Positions 39,015 through 47,703 of a stretch of 64,000 nucleotides of DNA are shown here, one piece after another. Position 1 is the first letter of the stretch. The number at the start of each line of letters is the position of its first letter. The position numbers and the translations under genes are program-made. The stretch is taken from NCBI GenBank assembly GCA_001829495.1, contig MIBJ01000068.1:46560-110559 (forward strand), written 5' to 3'. Origin of the DNA: Spirochaetes bacterium RBG_16_49_21 (GTDB taxonomy: Bacteria > Spirochaetota > UBA4802 > UBA5550). The notes under the pieces are model-generated. The model had not been told where the DNA came from and did no database searches. It saw only the letters and a program-made list of their open reading frames with translations.

Positions 39015-41414
39015 ATGCAACAAAACGGCACGTCCCCTGCAAAAATGCTCTGGAATCCGGCCGAGAGCCTTCCCCCCCGGATCAAGCGGCTCCGTGAGGA
39101 ATTTTATTCTTTTTACGAACGTGATTATTTTCGCAACGAGGTAATGGCCTTCACCACGGGCAAACCATGGGATAGTGTATATTCCCCCCATAACTGGGGC
39201 GTGGTGCCCGAAGTCTTCCTTTTCTTCGAGTGTTACAGCCAATCCCTTCTGGCAGACGCGGCCGTGGTTGAGCTGCCTCCCTCATTCTGGAAAGAGCCGC
39301 TTCCGAAGCGGCGCGCTCTTTTTTTCAGGAAGGTTGTGGAGAGCCATCTTCCCGTCCGGATTTTACAGGGAGAGCTCGTAGTCGGAGGACAATTCAATAC
39401 CGCTCTCTCGCGCTCCCTCACGAAAAGAGAGGCGGCCGCATGGAAGAGGATGGAGTCCGGATATGTAAAACTCTTAAAGGCGGCGGATGAGTCCGGGATC
39501 GGTAACGGCGGCGCGACTCCCGGACATCTTATCCCGGATTACCGGACGGTTCTGGAGATCGGGTTCAAGGGGCTTGTCAAACGGTTCAATGAACTATTGT
39601 CCACGGCAACCAATAAAAAAGCGAGAGCGGCTCTTGAGGCGATGATCATCAGCGCCGAAGCCCCCTGCATCTTGGCAAACCGATACTCAGAGGAGTTGGG
39701 AAAACGTGCCGCAGACGAGACCGACCCGCTGCGTAAACGGGAGCTTGAGCGGATGGCAACCATCTGCTCCCGCGTTCCCTGGGAGCCGGCTCAAAACTAC
39801 TGGGAGGCGCTCCAGTCCCTCTGGTTTACACATATGCTGGTAATGGCGGCCGAGTCGTATCCCGGCGCCGGCCTCTCGTACGGCCGCTTCGACCAGCTCC
39901 TGTATCCCTATTACAAAAAAGATATTGATGCCGATTCCCTCACGCCCGATTTCGCCAAGGAGCTGCTGATGTGCTTCTTCATTAAGCATAATTATGCCTA
40001 TGACTTTCAGGGAAGGGTCGGCACCAATCAGGGAATCAATTCCGGTTTCGGTCAGCTCATCACCCTGAGCGGCATGGGGAAAAATGGTGAGGACCTGACC
40101 AATGATTTTACCTATCTGTGCCTTGAGGTGATCCAGGAGCTCAACATGCTCGAGCCCAAACCGAACGTGAGGCTTCATCGCGGCAGCCCCCACCGCCTTC
40201 TCGCGCGTGTTTCCGACATCATAGCGCACGCGCAGGGAGCGCCCTTTCTCCTTAATTTCGACGAGCAGAGCATACGGGCGCTCAGGTGGATCGGCCTCCC
40301 GGAGGAGGAGCTCTGGGACTACGCTCCGGTCGGATGCCTTGAAAATACCCTGCAGGGCAACGACCGCTCGGGCACGGTGGACGTGAATATCAACCTCGCC
40401 AAGGCGGTTGAGCTCGTTCTTTTCAACGGCAGGGACCAGCAGACGAGGCTGCAGAAGGGCCCCAAGTCCGGCGACCCGCGCTCGTTTGAAACCTTCGATG
40501 ATTTTATGTCCGCCTATCGCCGCCAGACGGACTATTGCATGAAAACGCTCATTGAGCTCTACAACATCTCCGATGAGATACGGGCCCGGTTCGAGCCGAC
40601 GCCCTATCTGTCAACGCTGGTGCGCGGATGCGCGGAAAAGGGAAAGGATATAACCGAGGGCGGCGCGCACTACAACTTCATCACCATGGAGGGAGTTGCA
40701 CTGGGCACGACCATCGATTCGCTCCTTGCAATAAAAAAGCTCGTTTACGAAGACGGACGCGTCTCCATGGACGAGCTCGCCGGCGCGATTGACGTAAACT
40801 TTGAAGGCAGGGAGCCGCTGAGACAATTGCTCGTCAACCGCGCGCCCAAGTTCGGAAACGACGACCAATACGCCGATTCGCTCGCCAGGGAGGTGTCGAA
40901 CTACTGGACCATGGAAGTGACGAAGTACCGATCGCCCTATACCGGACGGCGCTACCGGGCCGGGTACCTCTCCTGGAACTACTGGATAAGCTACGCGCCC
41001 AAGACATCCGCGACGCCCGATGGCAGGAAGCGGGGCTCGTATCTTTCGAACGGGCTCTGCCCGGTCAACGGCGCGGACCGGCACGGCCCCACGGCGATGA
41101 TAAAGTCCGTGGGCAACCTCGGCCTGGACACGGTCCCCAACGGAGGATCCCATACCTTCAGCCTCTCGCCGTCCCTGGTGCGCGACCGGGAGCACATCGA
41201 CAAGCTCGCCGCGCTCCTGCGCTCGTATACCGAGCATGGCGGAACCGCGCTTCAGATCAACATCATCGACGCGGACACCTTGCGTGCGGCCCAGAAAAAT
41301 CCGGATGAATACCGCAACCTGCTCGTCCGCATCACCGGGTATAACGCTTATTTCGTGATGATCGGGAAGGAGATACAGGACGAAATCATCGCGCGCGAGT
41401 CGCACCGAATATGA
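39015..41414 (+). CDS. Glycyl radical enzyme (PFL2/eliminase-like, unassigned subfamily)
   Basis: GRFDQ, finger loop APVGCLE (single Cys plus Glu), ATPDGR, C-terminal NLLVRITGYN glycyl motif. Confidence 0.93.
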   Translation: MQQNGTSPAKMLWNPAESLPPRIKRLREEFYSFYERDYFRNEVMAFTTGKPWDSVYSPHNWGVVPEVFLFFECYSQSLLADAAVVELPPSFWKEPLPKRRALFFRKVVESHLPVRILQGELVVGGQFNTALSRSLTKREAAAWKRMESGYVKLLKAADESGIGNGGATPGHLIPDYRTVLEIGFKGLVKRFNELLSTATNKKARAALEAMIISAEAPCILANRYSEELGKRAADETDPLRKRELERMATICSRVPWEPAQNYWEALQSLWFTHMLVMAAESYPGAGLSYGRFDQLLYPYYKKDIDADSLTPDFAKELLMCFFIKHNYAYDFQGRVGTNQGINSGFGQLITLSGMGKNGEDLTNDFTYLCLEVIQELNMLEPKPNVRLHRGSPHRLLARVSDIIAHAQGAPFLLNFDEQSIRALRWIGLPEEELWDYAPVGCLENTLQGNDRSGTVDVNINLAKAVELVLFNGRDQQTRLQKGPKSGDPRSFETFDDFMSAYRRQTDYCMKTLIELYNISDEIRARFEPTPYLSTLVRGCAEKGKDITEGGAHYNFITMEGVALGTTIDSLLAIKKLVYEDGRVSMDELAGAIDVNFEGREPLRQLLVNRAPKFGNDDQYADSLAREVSNYWTMEVTKYRSPYTGRRYRAGYLSWNYWISYAPKTSATPDGRKRGSYLSNGLCPVNGADRHGPTAMIKSVGNLGLDTVPNGGSHTFSLSPSLVRDREHIDKLAALLRSYTEHGGTALQINIIDADTLRAAQKNPDEYRNLLVRITGYNAYFVMIGKEIQDEIIARESHRI

Positions 41415-42349
41415 GATCAGATGCATCGCGGGGAATGATATTTAGCATCCAGAAGTTCTCAACCGAGGACGGGCCCGGCATACGGACCACCGTATTTCTC
41501 AAAGGCTGCCCGCTCCGCTGCCTCTGGTGCCACAATCCCGAAAGCATATCCCGGAATCCTCAGCTGGTATGGCACTCCCCGCGATGCATCGGCGATCTGG
41601 CATGTATCGGCGCCTGCCCTCGAGGCGCGCTTTCCGGAGATGAGAAAGGCGTTGCCGTGAACAGGGAGGCGTGCGAAAGCTGCGGCAACTGCGCCGCGGT
41701 TTGCCCGACCGGCGCTCTTGAAGTCATCGGCAGGGAGATGGCGGCGGATGAAGTTATGTCCGAGATACTGAAAGACGCCCTGTTCTACCGCCAATCAGGG
41801 GGCGGCGTTACCTTTTCGGGCGGCGAACCGACCCTCCAGCACGAGTTCCTCCTCACGCTTCTGGCCGCGTGCCGAAATGCGGGTATTCATACTGCCCTCG
41901 ATACCTGCGGTTACAATCGACGGGAAATTTTCAGGTCACTGGTGCCATATATTGACCTCTTTCTCTACGATCTGAAAAGCCTTGACGACGAGCTGCACAA
42001 GCGCGCCACCGGTGTCGGAGTCGATCTCATCATCGGCAACCTGAAATACCTTGATTCTACCGGCATACCCCTATGGCTCCGGACGCCGGTGATTCCCGGT
42101 TATACGGAGCGCGGAGAAAACATTCGGCAGATAGCCCGCTTCATCAGGGATGAGCTCACCAACGTGAAGCGATACGACCTCCTGCCTTTCAGCAATCTGT
42201 GCGCGTCAAAGTACGATGAGCTGGGGATTGAATTCAGCCTGGCCGGCGCCCCCCTCATGAAGGAGGAGGAGATGAAGGAGCTCGAAGCGATCACCCGCGG
42301 CGAGGGCCTGGATAATGTCGTCATTTCAGGATTAATGAGTCGGAAGTAA
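41411..42349 (+). CDS. Glycyl-radical activating enzyme with ferredoxin insert
   Basis: DGPGIRTTVFLKGCPLRCLWCHNPES; auxiliary CIGDLACIGACP and CESCGNCAAVCP; GGVTFSGGEP. Confidence 0.95.
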   Translation: MRSDASRGMIFSIQKFSTEDGPGIRTTVFLKGCPLRCLWCHNPESISRNPQLVWHSPRCIGDLACIGACPRGALSGDEKGVAVNREACESCGNCAAVCPTGALEVIGREMAADEVMSEILKDALFYRQSGGGVTFSGGEPTLQHEFLLTLLAACRNAGIHTALDTCGYNRREIFRSLVPYIDLFLYDLKSLDDELHKRATGVGVDLIIGNLKYLDSTGIPLWLRTPVIPGYTERGENIRQIARFIRDELTNVKRYDLLPFSNLCASKYDELGIEFSLAGAPLMKEEEMKELEAITRGEGLDNVVISGLMSRK

Positions 42350-42356
42350 CTAGTCA

Positions 42357-42498
42357 AGTTAGGCGAAAATGATTTAAGAACTCCCTCCCCCTTAATGGGG
42401 GAGGGCCGGGGTGGGGGTAAGAAAAGTCAATGTCATCACCCTCCCCTGACCCCTCCCATCAAGGGAGGGGGATGACTTTAATTAAAAATCGCCTAACT
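42357..42498. repeat. REPIN/MITE-like element: inverted doublet of CCCTCCC/GGGAGGG hairpins bounded by AGTTAGGCGA...TCGCCTAACT
   Basis: 10-bp perfect terminal inverted repeats around two internal palindromic units. Confidence 0.65.
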
Positions 42499-42527
42499 GC
42501 TCAAGTATATTCCAAAAGGAGACAGCC

Positions 42528-43322
42528 ATGAAAACGCTCAGCGACAAACTTTTTGAGGCTCTGAAAGGAGAAATGACTCCGAAATTCCTGGCCACTTCGG
42601 ACGGCTCCATTCCCAACGTAGTACCGGTGATTTCAATTGAACCGTATGATCATCGGACTCTTATTTTCGGCGATTTTCTCATGTGGAAGACGGAAAAAAA
42701 CCTCAATAGATATACCAAGGTAACCGTGGCGGTCATCACCGAAAAACTCCACGGCGCCGTCATCCGGGGAGAGTTCCTCGGATTCCAGAAGACCGGCGAG
42801 TACGTGGACCGCATAAACGCGACGAAGAACTTCAGATATAATGCGTACACCGGAATCCGCTGCGCCGGCTCCATCGCCGTCACGGATATCACCGATCCTT
42901 TTCAACTGACCCCGCTTGATGTGCTGAGCGGGAACCTCCTGTCGATGATCGGCAAAGGAAGGGCCATGCGCTTTTCCGAAGGCAGGAGTGTAATGAACCG
43001 GGTTGTGGCCGAAAAGTACGGCAGGCTCAAGGCGGTGAAAGTGCTTTCTTTCATGGACCCGCGGGGATATCCCTTTGCCGTTCCGATCATGTCCATACAG
43101 CCCGCAGCCGGAGACCTGCTCATATTCAGGAAAAGCCCCATGACGCGATACCTGGGAGATCTCAGGGACGGCGCCGCGGCTGCCGTTTCGGTGATCACGT
43201 TCGACCCCGTCGCGTTTCAGGTGAAGGGGGTATACCGCAATATTGATAAAAAATACGGAGCAGTTGCGGTAAGCGAGGCCTATCACGCCTCCCCGCCCCT
43301 TCCGGGCAGAAAAATAGCCTGA
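42528..43322 (+). CDS. Tandem pyridoxamine-5'-phosphate-oxidase-like (flavin split-barrel) protein
   Basis: Two similar halves (KFLATSDGSIPNVVPVISI / KVLSFMDPRGYPFAVPIMSI...FQVKG); RBS AAGGAG. Confidence 0.75.
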   Translation: MKTLSDKLFEALKGEMTPKFLATSDGSIPNVVPVISIEPYDHRTLIFGDFLMWKTEKNLNRYTKVTVAVITEKLHGAVIRGEFLGFQKTGEYVDRINATKNFRYNAYTGIRCAGSIAVTDITDPFQLTPLDVLSGNLLSMIGKGRAMRFSEGRSVMNRVVAEKYGRLKAVKVLSFMDPRGYPFAVPIMSIQPAAGDLLIFRKSPMTRYLGDLRDGAAAAVSVITFDPVAFQVKGVYRNIDKKYGAVAVSEAYHASPPLPGRKIA

Positions 43323-43333
43323 ATTTTTAATGA

Positions 43334-43369
43334 GGCTCTGACCCCATATTACTTTCGGGGGTCAGAGCC
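43334..43369. terminator. Hairpin after the PNPOx-like gene
   Basis: GGCTCTGACCCC-12-GGGGTCAGAGCC; may instead be a REP-like element. Confidence 0.5.
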
Positions 43370-43545
43370 GAATATCGTCTGGAAGAGCTAATTTTAGTAA
43401 CTACTCCGGTATAATAATGGAACCGCCGATGGACGCAGATGAACGCAGATGAGAATAGGTAAAAACTTAATTGACTCAAGGCATACGGGATACGCATAAT
43501 CTGATGCGGTGCGTATTCTGTTTATTTTGCTTATCGCAATCCACT

Positions 43546-45096
43546 ATGAATAAAAAAAATCAATCAGGCAAAACTAGATCAAAACGCCGTATTTATTTCA
43601 TAACCCCTCTCAATCCCGACAACTTCTGGACCATGCAGAGCTCGGTAAAGGCGGTCGGCGCAAAGACATTGATGCCCAACAACACCCTGGCGACCCTTAT
43701 CGCGCTCATCCCGAAGGATCTGGATATTGAATGTGCGTATTGCGACGAAAACATAGCGAACATCGACTTTGATATGGATTGCGATCTGGTCGCAATAACC
43801 GGCTTCACCGTGCACGCGCACCGGATCAGGGAGATCAGCGGCCGGTTCAGGGAAAAAAAGATACCCGTGGCCCTCGGGGGTCCTTTCGCTACCCTGTACC
43901 CGGATGAAGGGAAAAAGGTTTCAGACCACCTGTTTATTCATGAAGCGGAATACACCTGGCCCCGGTTCTTACGGGAATGGATGGACGGCAAAGCCCGGCC
44001 CCTGTACGAGCAGAAGAGCTTTATCGACATGGCTGACAGCCCGCCGCCGGATTGGTCCCGCATTAAAGGAAAGGATTATCTCTATTTCTCGGTCCAGACC
44101 AGCCGCGGCTGCCCGAACAATTGCGATTTCTGCGACGCGATCCGTCTCGTCGGGCGGCGGTACCGGACCAAAAGGATCGGACAGATCATGACCGAGATAA
44201 AAAACGCCTACAGCGCCGGCGCGGAGACGATCTTCTTTTCCGAGGATAACTTCTTTGTGAAAAAGGAGTTCACCAGGGAATTGCTGACGGAAATCATCAG
44301 ATGGAACTCTTCGCTGACGATACCCGTATCATTCGCGGCCCAGGCTACGATAATGATCGGAAGCGACGAGGAGATATTGAAGCTGCTCGCGGACGCGCGC
44401 TTTTCAGTGGTCTTCCTGGGGGTTGAAAGCATCCGAAAAGAGTGCCTGGCTGAAGTGAACAAGGGGCACCTGCTGAAATACGATCCCTTCCATGCGGTCA
44501 CGCGGCTTTCGCGGTACGGAATTCTTCCCTTTATAGGCTTTATCGTCGGATTCGATAACGACGGCCCCGGCACCTTTGCCGAGGTAGAAGAATTTTTAAA
44601 CAGGAGCGGAAGCCCCCTCGCGTCGATCAGCATCCTCAACGCCCCGGAGAACACGACGCTCTACAATCGAATGAAGAGCCGCGGCCGCATCGACGAAAAT
44701 TTCAAGGGATTGTGGCACCTCTCGACCAATATAATTCCCGTGTCCATGAGCATCCATGAGCTCCTCGAAAACCACCGCAGCCTGTTCCGGAGACTGTACC
44801 AGCCGGAGAATTTCGAAAAAAGGGCCCTGGACTGGCTCTCCAACATTGAATACGTTTCACCTCTGTATAAACATTCAAGAATGAGCTTTTCAAAATTCTT
44901 CAAGCTGTTTAAAATAATGAACTACTACCTTTTTCATGAACCGAAGCAGGTGAGAAGGCTGTTCTTCCGGATGCTTAAAAATTCATGGAAGATGAGCCCG
45001 CGACTGTTCAAAAAGGCGATCATGGTCATGTCCCAGTACTGCCACTACTATGATTTTTCGCATAATGACGCGTGGCAGTCGTATAAAAAAATCTAA
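43546..45096 (+). CDS. B12-binding radical SAM protein (class B-like, DUF4070-type C-terminus)
   Basis: B12-domain-like DLVAITG..VALGGPFAT, QTSRGCPNNCDFC, GFIVGFDND. Confidence 0.88.
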   Translation: MNKKNQSGKTRSKRRIYFITPLNPDNFWTMQSSVKAVGAKTLMPNNTLATLIALIPKDLDIECAYCDENIANIDFDMDCDLVAITGFTVHAHRIREISGRFREKKIPVALGGPFATLYPDEGKKVSDHLFIHEAEYTWPRFLREWMDGKARPLYEQKSFIDMADSPPPDWSRIKGKDYLYFSVQTSRGCPNNCDFCDAIRLVGRRYRTKRIGQIMTEIKNAYSAGAETIFFSEDNFFVKKEFTRELLTEIIRWNSSLTIPVSFAAQATIMIGSDEEILKLLADARFSVVFLGVESIRKECLAEVNKGHLLKYDPFHAVTRLSRYGILPFIGFIVGFDNDGPGTFAEVEEFLNRSGSPLASISILNAPENTTLYNRMKSRGRIDENFKGLWHLSTNIIPVSMSIHELLENHRSLFRRLYQPENFEKRALDWLSNIEYVSPLYKHSRMSFSKFFKLFKIMNYYLFHEPKQVRRLFFRMLKNSWKMSPRLFKKAIMVMSQYCHYYDFSHNDAWQSYKKI

Positions 45097-45166
45097 TTTT
45101 TGCCTTGAAAGTGCCTGAAAGGGGACATCCTAATTTAATTTTTTGAGGTTCCCTTATATTTAACTT

Positions 45167-45277
45167 CTATTTCTTTATCTTGATTTTTTCTTTAAAAAAA
45201 TTCCGGCCGGTTTTTCTGGTCTTTTCGTCATCGTTTTGTTTCAGTTCCCGGCGGATTTTATTAACTATGCTGCTCAT
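45167..45277 (-). pseudogene. 5' fragment of an AlkD-like DNA alkylation repair gene
   Basis: MSSIVNKIRRELKQNDDEKTRKTGRNFFKEKIK* resembles AlkD N-termini (recognised from memory); truncated after 36 aa. Confidence 0.45.
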
Positions 45278-45305
45278 ATATATGCTTTTTAACCCCTTTC
45301 TTTGT

Positions 45306-45340
45306 ATCCCGGCGTGCGGAACTACCGCACCGGGCTCCTC
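45306..45340 (-). ncRNA. Group II intron domain V remnant
   Basis: Minus strand GAGGAGCCCGGTGCGGTAGTTCCGCACGCCGGGAT: AGC triad, AC bulge and DV pairing; domain VI and the RT ORF are missing. Confidence 0.7.
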
Positions 45341-45425
45341 AAGAATGCTCGCTTCCGCATAATGGTCAAGACCATTTTAAGTCCAACTGGTTTGTATTGA
45401 TATAGGTTAAAAGACTGTAGTGCAT

Positions 45426-45752
45426 TTAGTCTAATTCAAATGCGATTAATAAAGCCTTATTCAATTGACTTTGTTTTTGATCAGATAATGCGCCGATATA
45501 ATCAGTTAATAAAAATTTCGGTATGCTAATAATTTCATCACAATAAATACAGCTTTCATGTTTTAATCCTTCATCAATTCCAACAGGAACTTGCGTTGAA
45601 ATTCCATGATAGTTTGAATAAACGGGAGCACAAATGACTGTAGAAAATTTAGAATCAATCAAGGCTTGTCTGCTAACAACAACAAAAACACGATAATTTT
45701 TTGAATCGTGTTTAGACCCTTTGTGCACTCTATAAAGATCACCGCGTTTCAA
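45426..45752 (-). CDS. MazF/PemK-family endoribonuclease toxin
   Basis: [33 protein letters not shown]; AT-rich. Confidence 0.9.
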   Translation of the reverse strand: MKRGDLYRVHKGSKHDSKNYRVFVVVSRQALIDSKFSTVICAPVYSNYHGISTQVPVGIDEGLKHESCIYCDEIISIPKFLLTDYIGALSDQKQSQLNKALLIAFELD

Positions 45753-45979
45753 ATATTAACCTGATAAGACAAAATATCTTCAGCTTCCTTATTCAATTCA
45801 TCAGCGGAACGATTAATTATATCTAAATCGTTTTTATTTCTTAAATTACGTTTTTTTTGCATTAAATAATTCTTAATAGCTTCCTCAATAAAAAGAGAGC
45901 GATTACCTGATTTAGAGATAATTAAATCAATTTCTTTAAGCAGGTTTTTTGATAAGGTTATTGAAGTTTTTACCTTCAT
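45749..45979 (-). CDS. Ribbon-helix-helix antitoxin
   Basis: [19 protein letters not shown]; overlaps the toxin start. Leaderless promoter TTGACA-16-TATATT-6-ATG with TACTACT repeats (45980-46013). Confidence 0.85.
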   Translation of the reverse strand: MKVKTSITLSKNLLKEIDLIISKSGNRSLFIEEAIKNYLMQKKRNLRNKNDLDIINRSADELNKEAEDILSYQVNI

Positions 45980-46048
45980 ACTACTAATATACTACTTTAG
46001 TAATACTTGTCAAGATTTTATGATAAAATTATTTTTTATTAAGGGCGA

Positions 46049-46207
46049 ATGGCGCAGCCACGGCGGATTGCCGGTTACCCGGCCTACTATATGCTCAAGT
46101 TTTTTTCATGGCTCCGCATCGTAAAAAACCTGAAGCCTTTGCCGGAGCGCATACGGGATAAAGACCGCATAGCGGATACCGACCCGTCAGAGGGAAAAAA
46201 ATTTTAA
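46049..46207 (+). pseudogene. Possible 3' remnant of an acyl-CoA (delta-9-type) desaturase gene
   Basis: YYMLKFFSWLRIVKNLKPLPERIR resembles the conserved C-terminal segment of bacterial desaturases; His boxes are absent. Confidence 0.4.
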
Positions 46208-46420
46208 GTCACCGTTTCCTTTCGTAATGGCTTTTTACGAGTCCGTTAGCAGCAGACCATAAAAACAAACCACCGGCGCAGCACCGGCCATTACAAACAA
46301 ACAGGATGAGATTGCATCGTATCCCGTTTTACGGGAATCTAATTCATACTCCAAATAATTTTACGTCTAATTCCGCACTTCAGATTGACAAAACAGGCAT
46401 TTGGTACGTCAAATGCCTGC

Positions 46421-47644
46421 ATGATACGAGTCAATGAAAACTACCTGAAGCTCAGGGCTTCATACCTGTTTTCCGATATAGCGCGGCGGGTAGCGGATTA
46501 CGCGGCTAAAAATCCGGATAAGGAAATAATCAGGCTCGGGATCGGGGACGTGACCTGTCCCCTGCCCCCTGCCTGCATAAGCGCCTTCCACAAGGCGGTC
46601 GGGGAGATGGGGTCGAAAGAGACCTTCCGCGGGTACGGCCCGGAGCAGGGCTACGAATTCCTGCGCGAGGCAATAGCCCGATCCGACTTCCAGGCGCGCG
46701 GGGTACGAATCGAGCCCGATGAGATATTCGTGAGCGACGGCGCCAAGTGCGACACCGGCAACTTCCAGGAGCTCTTCTCCCGCGAGATTGCCGTGGCGGT
46801 TCCCGACCCGGTCTATCCCGTGTACGTGGACACCAATGTTATGGCGGGCAGGAGCGGCGAAAACTGCGGCAACCGGTACCGGGGGCTTATATATTTAGAG
46901 TGCACGGAAGAAAACGGCTTCGTCCCGGACGTCCCGAAGGAGCGGGCGGACCTGATCTACCTCTGCTTCCCCAACAACCCCACCGGGGCCACGGCCGCGA
47001 AGCAAAAGCTCGCCGAATGGGTCCGGTACGCGCATGAAAACCGGTCGCTCATCCTGTTCGACGCAGCGTATGAGAGCTTCATCCGCGACGACGGGCTCGC
47101 CCACAGCATCTTCGAGATCGAGGGCGCTTCCGAGGTGGCAGTCGAATTCCGCAGCTTCTCCAAGACCGCGGGCTTCACCGGAACGCGCTGCGCCTTTACA
47201 GTAATACCGAAGAAATGCAACGCCTTTACCGAAAGCGGCGAGCCGGTGCCTCTCCGGGAGCTCTGGCTCAGGCGGCAGACGACCAAGTTCAACGGCGTAT
47301 CCTACCCGGTACAGCGCGCAGCCGAGGCGGTTTACTCTGAGGAGGGGAGACGGCAGGTGAGAGAGCTCGGGGATTATTACCTGAAAAACGCCCGCCTCAT
47401 CAAGGAGCGTCTCGGCGGAATCGGATTTCCCTGCTTCGGCGGCGAAAACGCTCCCTATATCTGGGTCAAAGGCGGGAAGGACTCGTGGGCCTTTTTCGAT
47501 GAGCTTCTTGAGCGGGCGGGCGTTGTATGCACGCCCGGCGCAGGCTTCGGCTCATGCGGCGAGGGATATATACGATTAAGCGCCTTTAATACCCATGAAA
47601 ACGTGGAGAGGGCGCTCGATCGCATTGAAAAGGCTTTTAAATAA
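46421..47644 (+). CDS. dapL: LL-diaminopimelate aminotransferase
   Basis: [46 protein letters not shown]. Confidence 0.97.
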   Translation: MIRVNENYLKLRASYLFSDIARRVADYAAKNPDKEIIRLGIGDVTCPLPPACISAFHKAVGEMGSKETFRGYGPEQGYEFLREAIARSDFQARGVRIEPDEIFVSDGAKCDTGNFQELFSREIAVAVPDPVYPVYVDTNVMAGRSGENCGNRYRGLIYLECTEENGFVPDVPKERADLIYLCFPNNPTGATAAKQKLAEWVRYAHENRSLILFDAAYESFIRDDGLAHSIFEIEGASEVAVEFRSFSKTAGFTGTRCAFTVIPKKCNAFTESGEPVPLRELWLRRQTTKFNGVSYPVQRAAEAVYSEEGRRQVRELGDYYLKNARLIKERLGGIGFPCFGGENAPYIWVKGGKDSWAFFDELLERAGVVCTPGAGFGSCGEGYIRLSAFNTHENVERALDRIEKAFK

Positions 47645-47703
47645 TACCTCGGAACGAATTGCGCAGATAAGTATCCTATCCATATCAGCAAGAGCGAGGT
47701 TTG

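Noticed and set aside
39015-41414. Pyruvate formate-lyase, CutC or HPA decarboxylase assignment
   Set aside because: No CC pair, no microcompartment or small-subunit genes; GCLE alone is not diagnostic.
42357-42498. Integron attC site (GTTAGGC / GCCTAAC)
   Set aside because: The sites are in the wrong order for attC and enclose REP-like hairpins; no integrase is present.
43421-43452. Short tandem ACGCAGATGA repeats as a regulatory array
   Set aside because: Only 2-3 units; looks like a remnant of a common intergenic mini-repeat.
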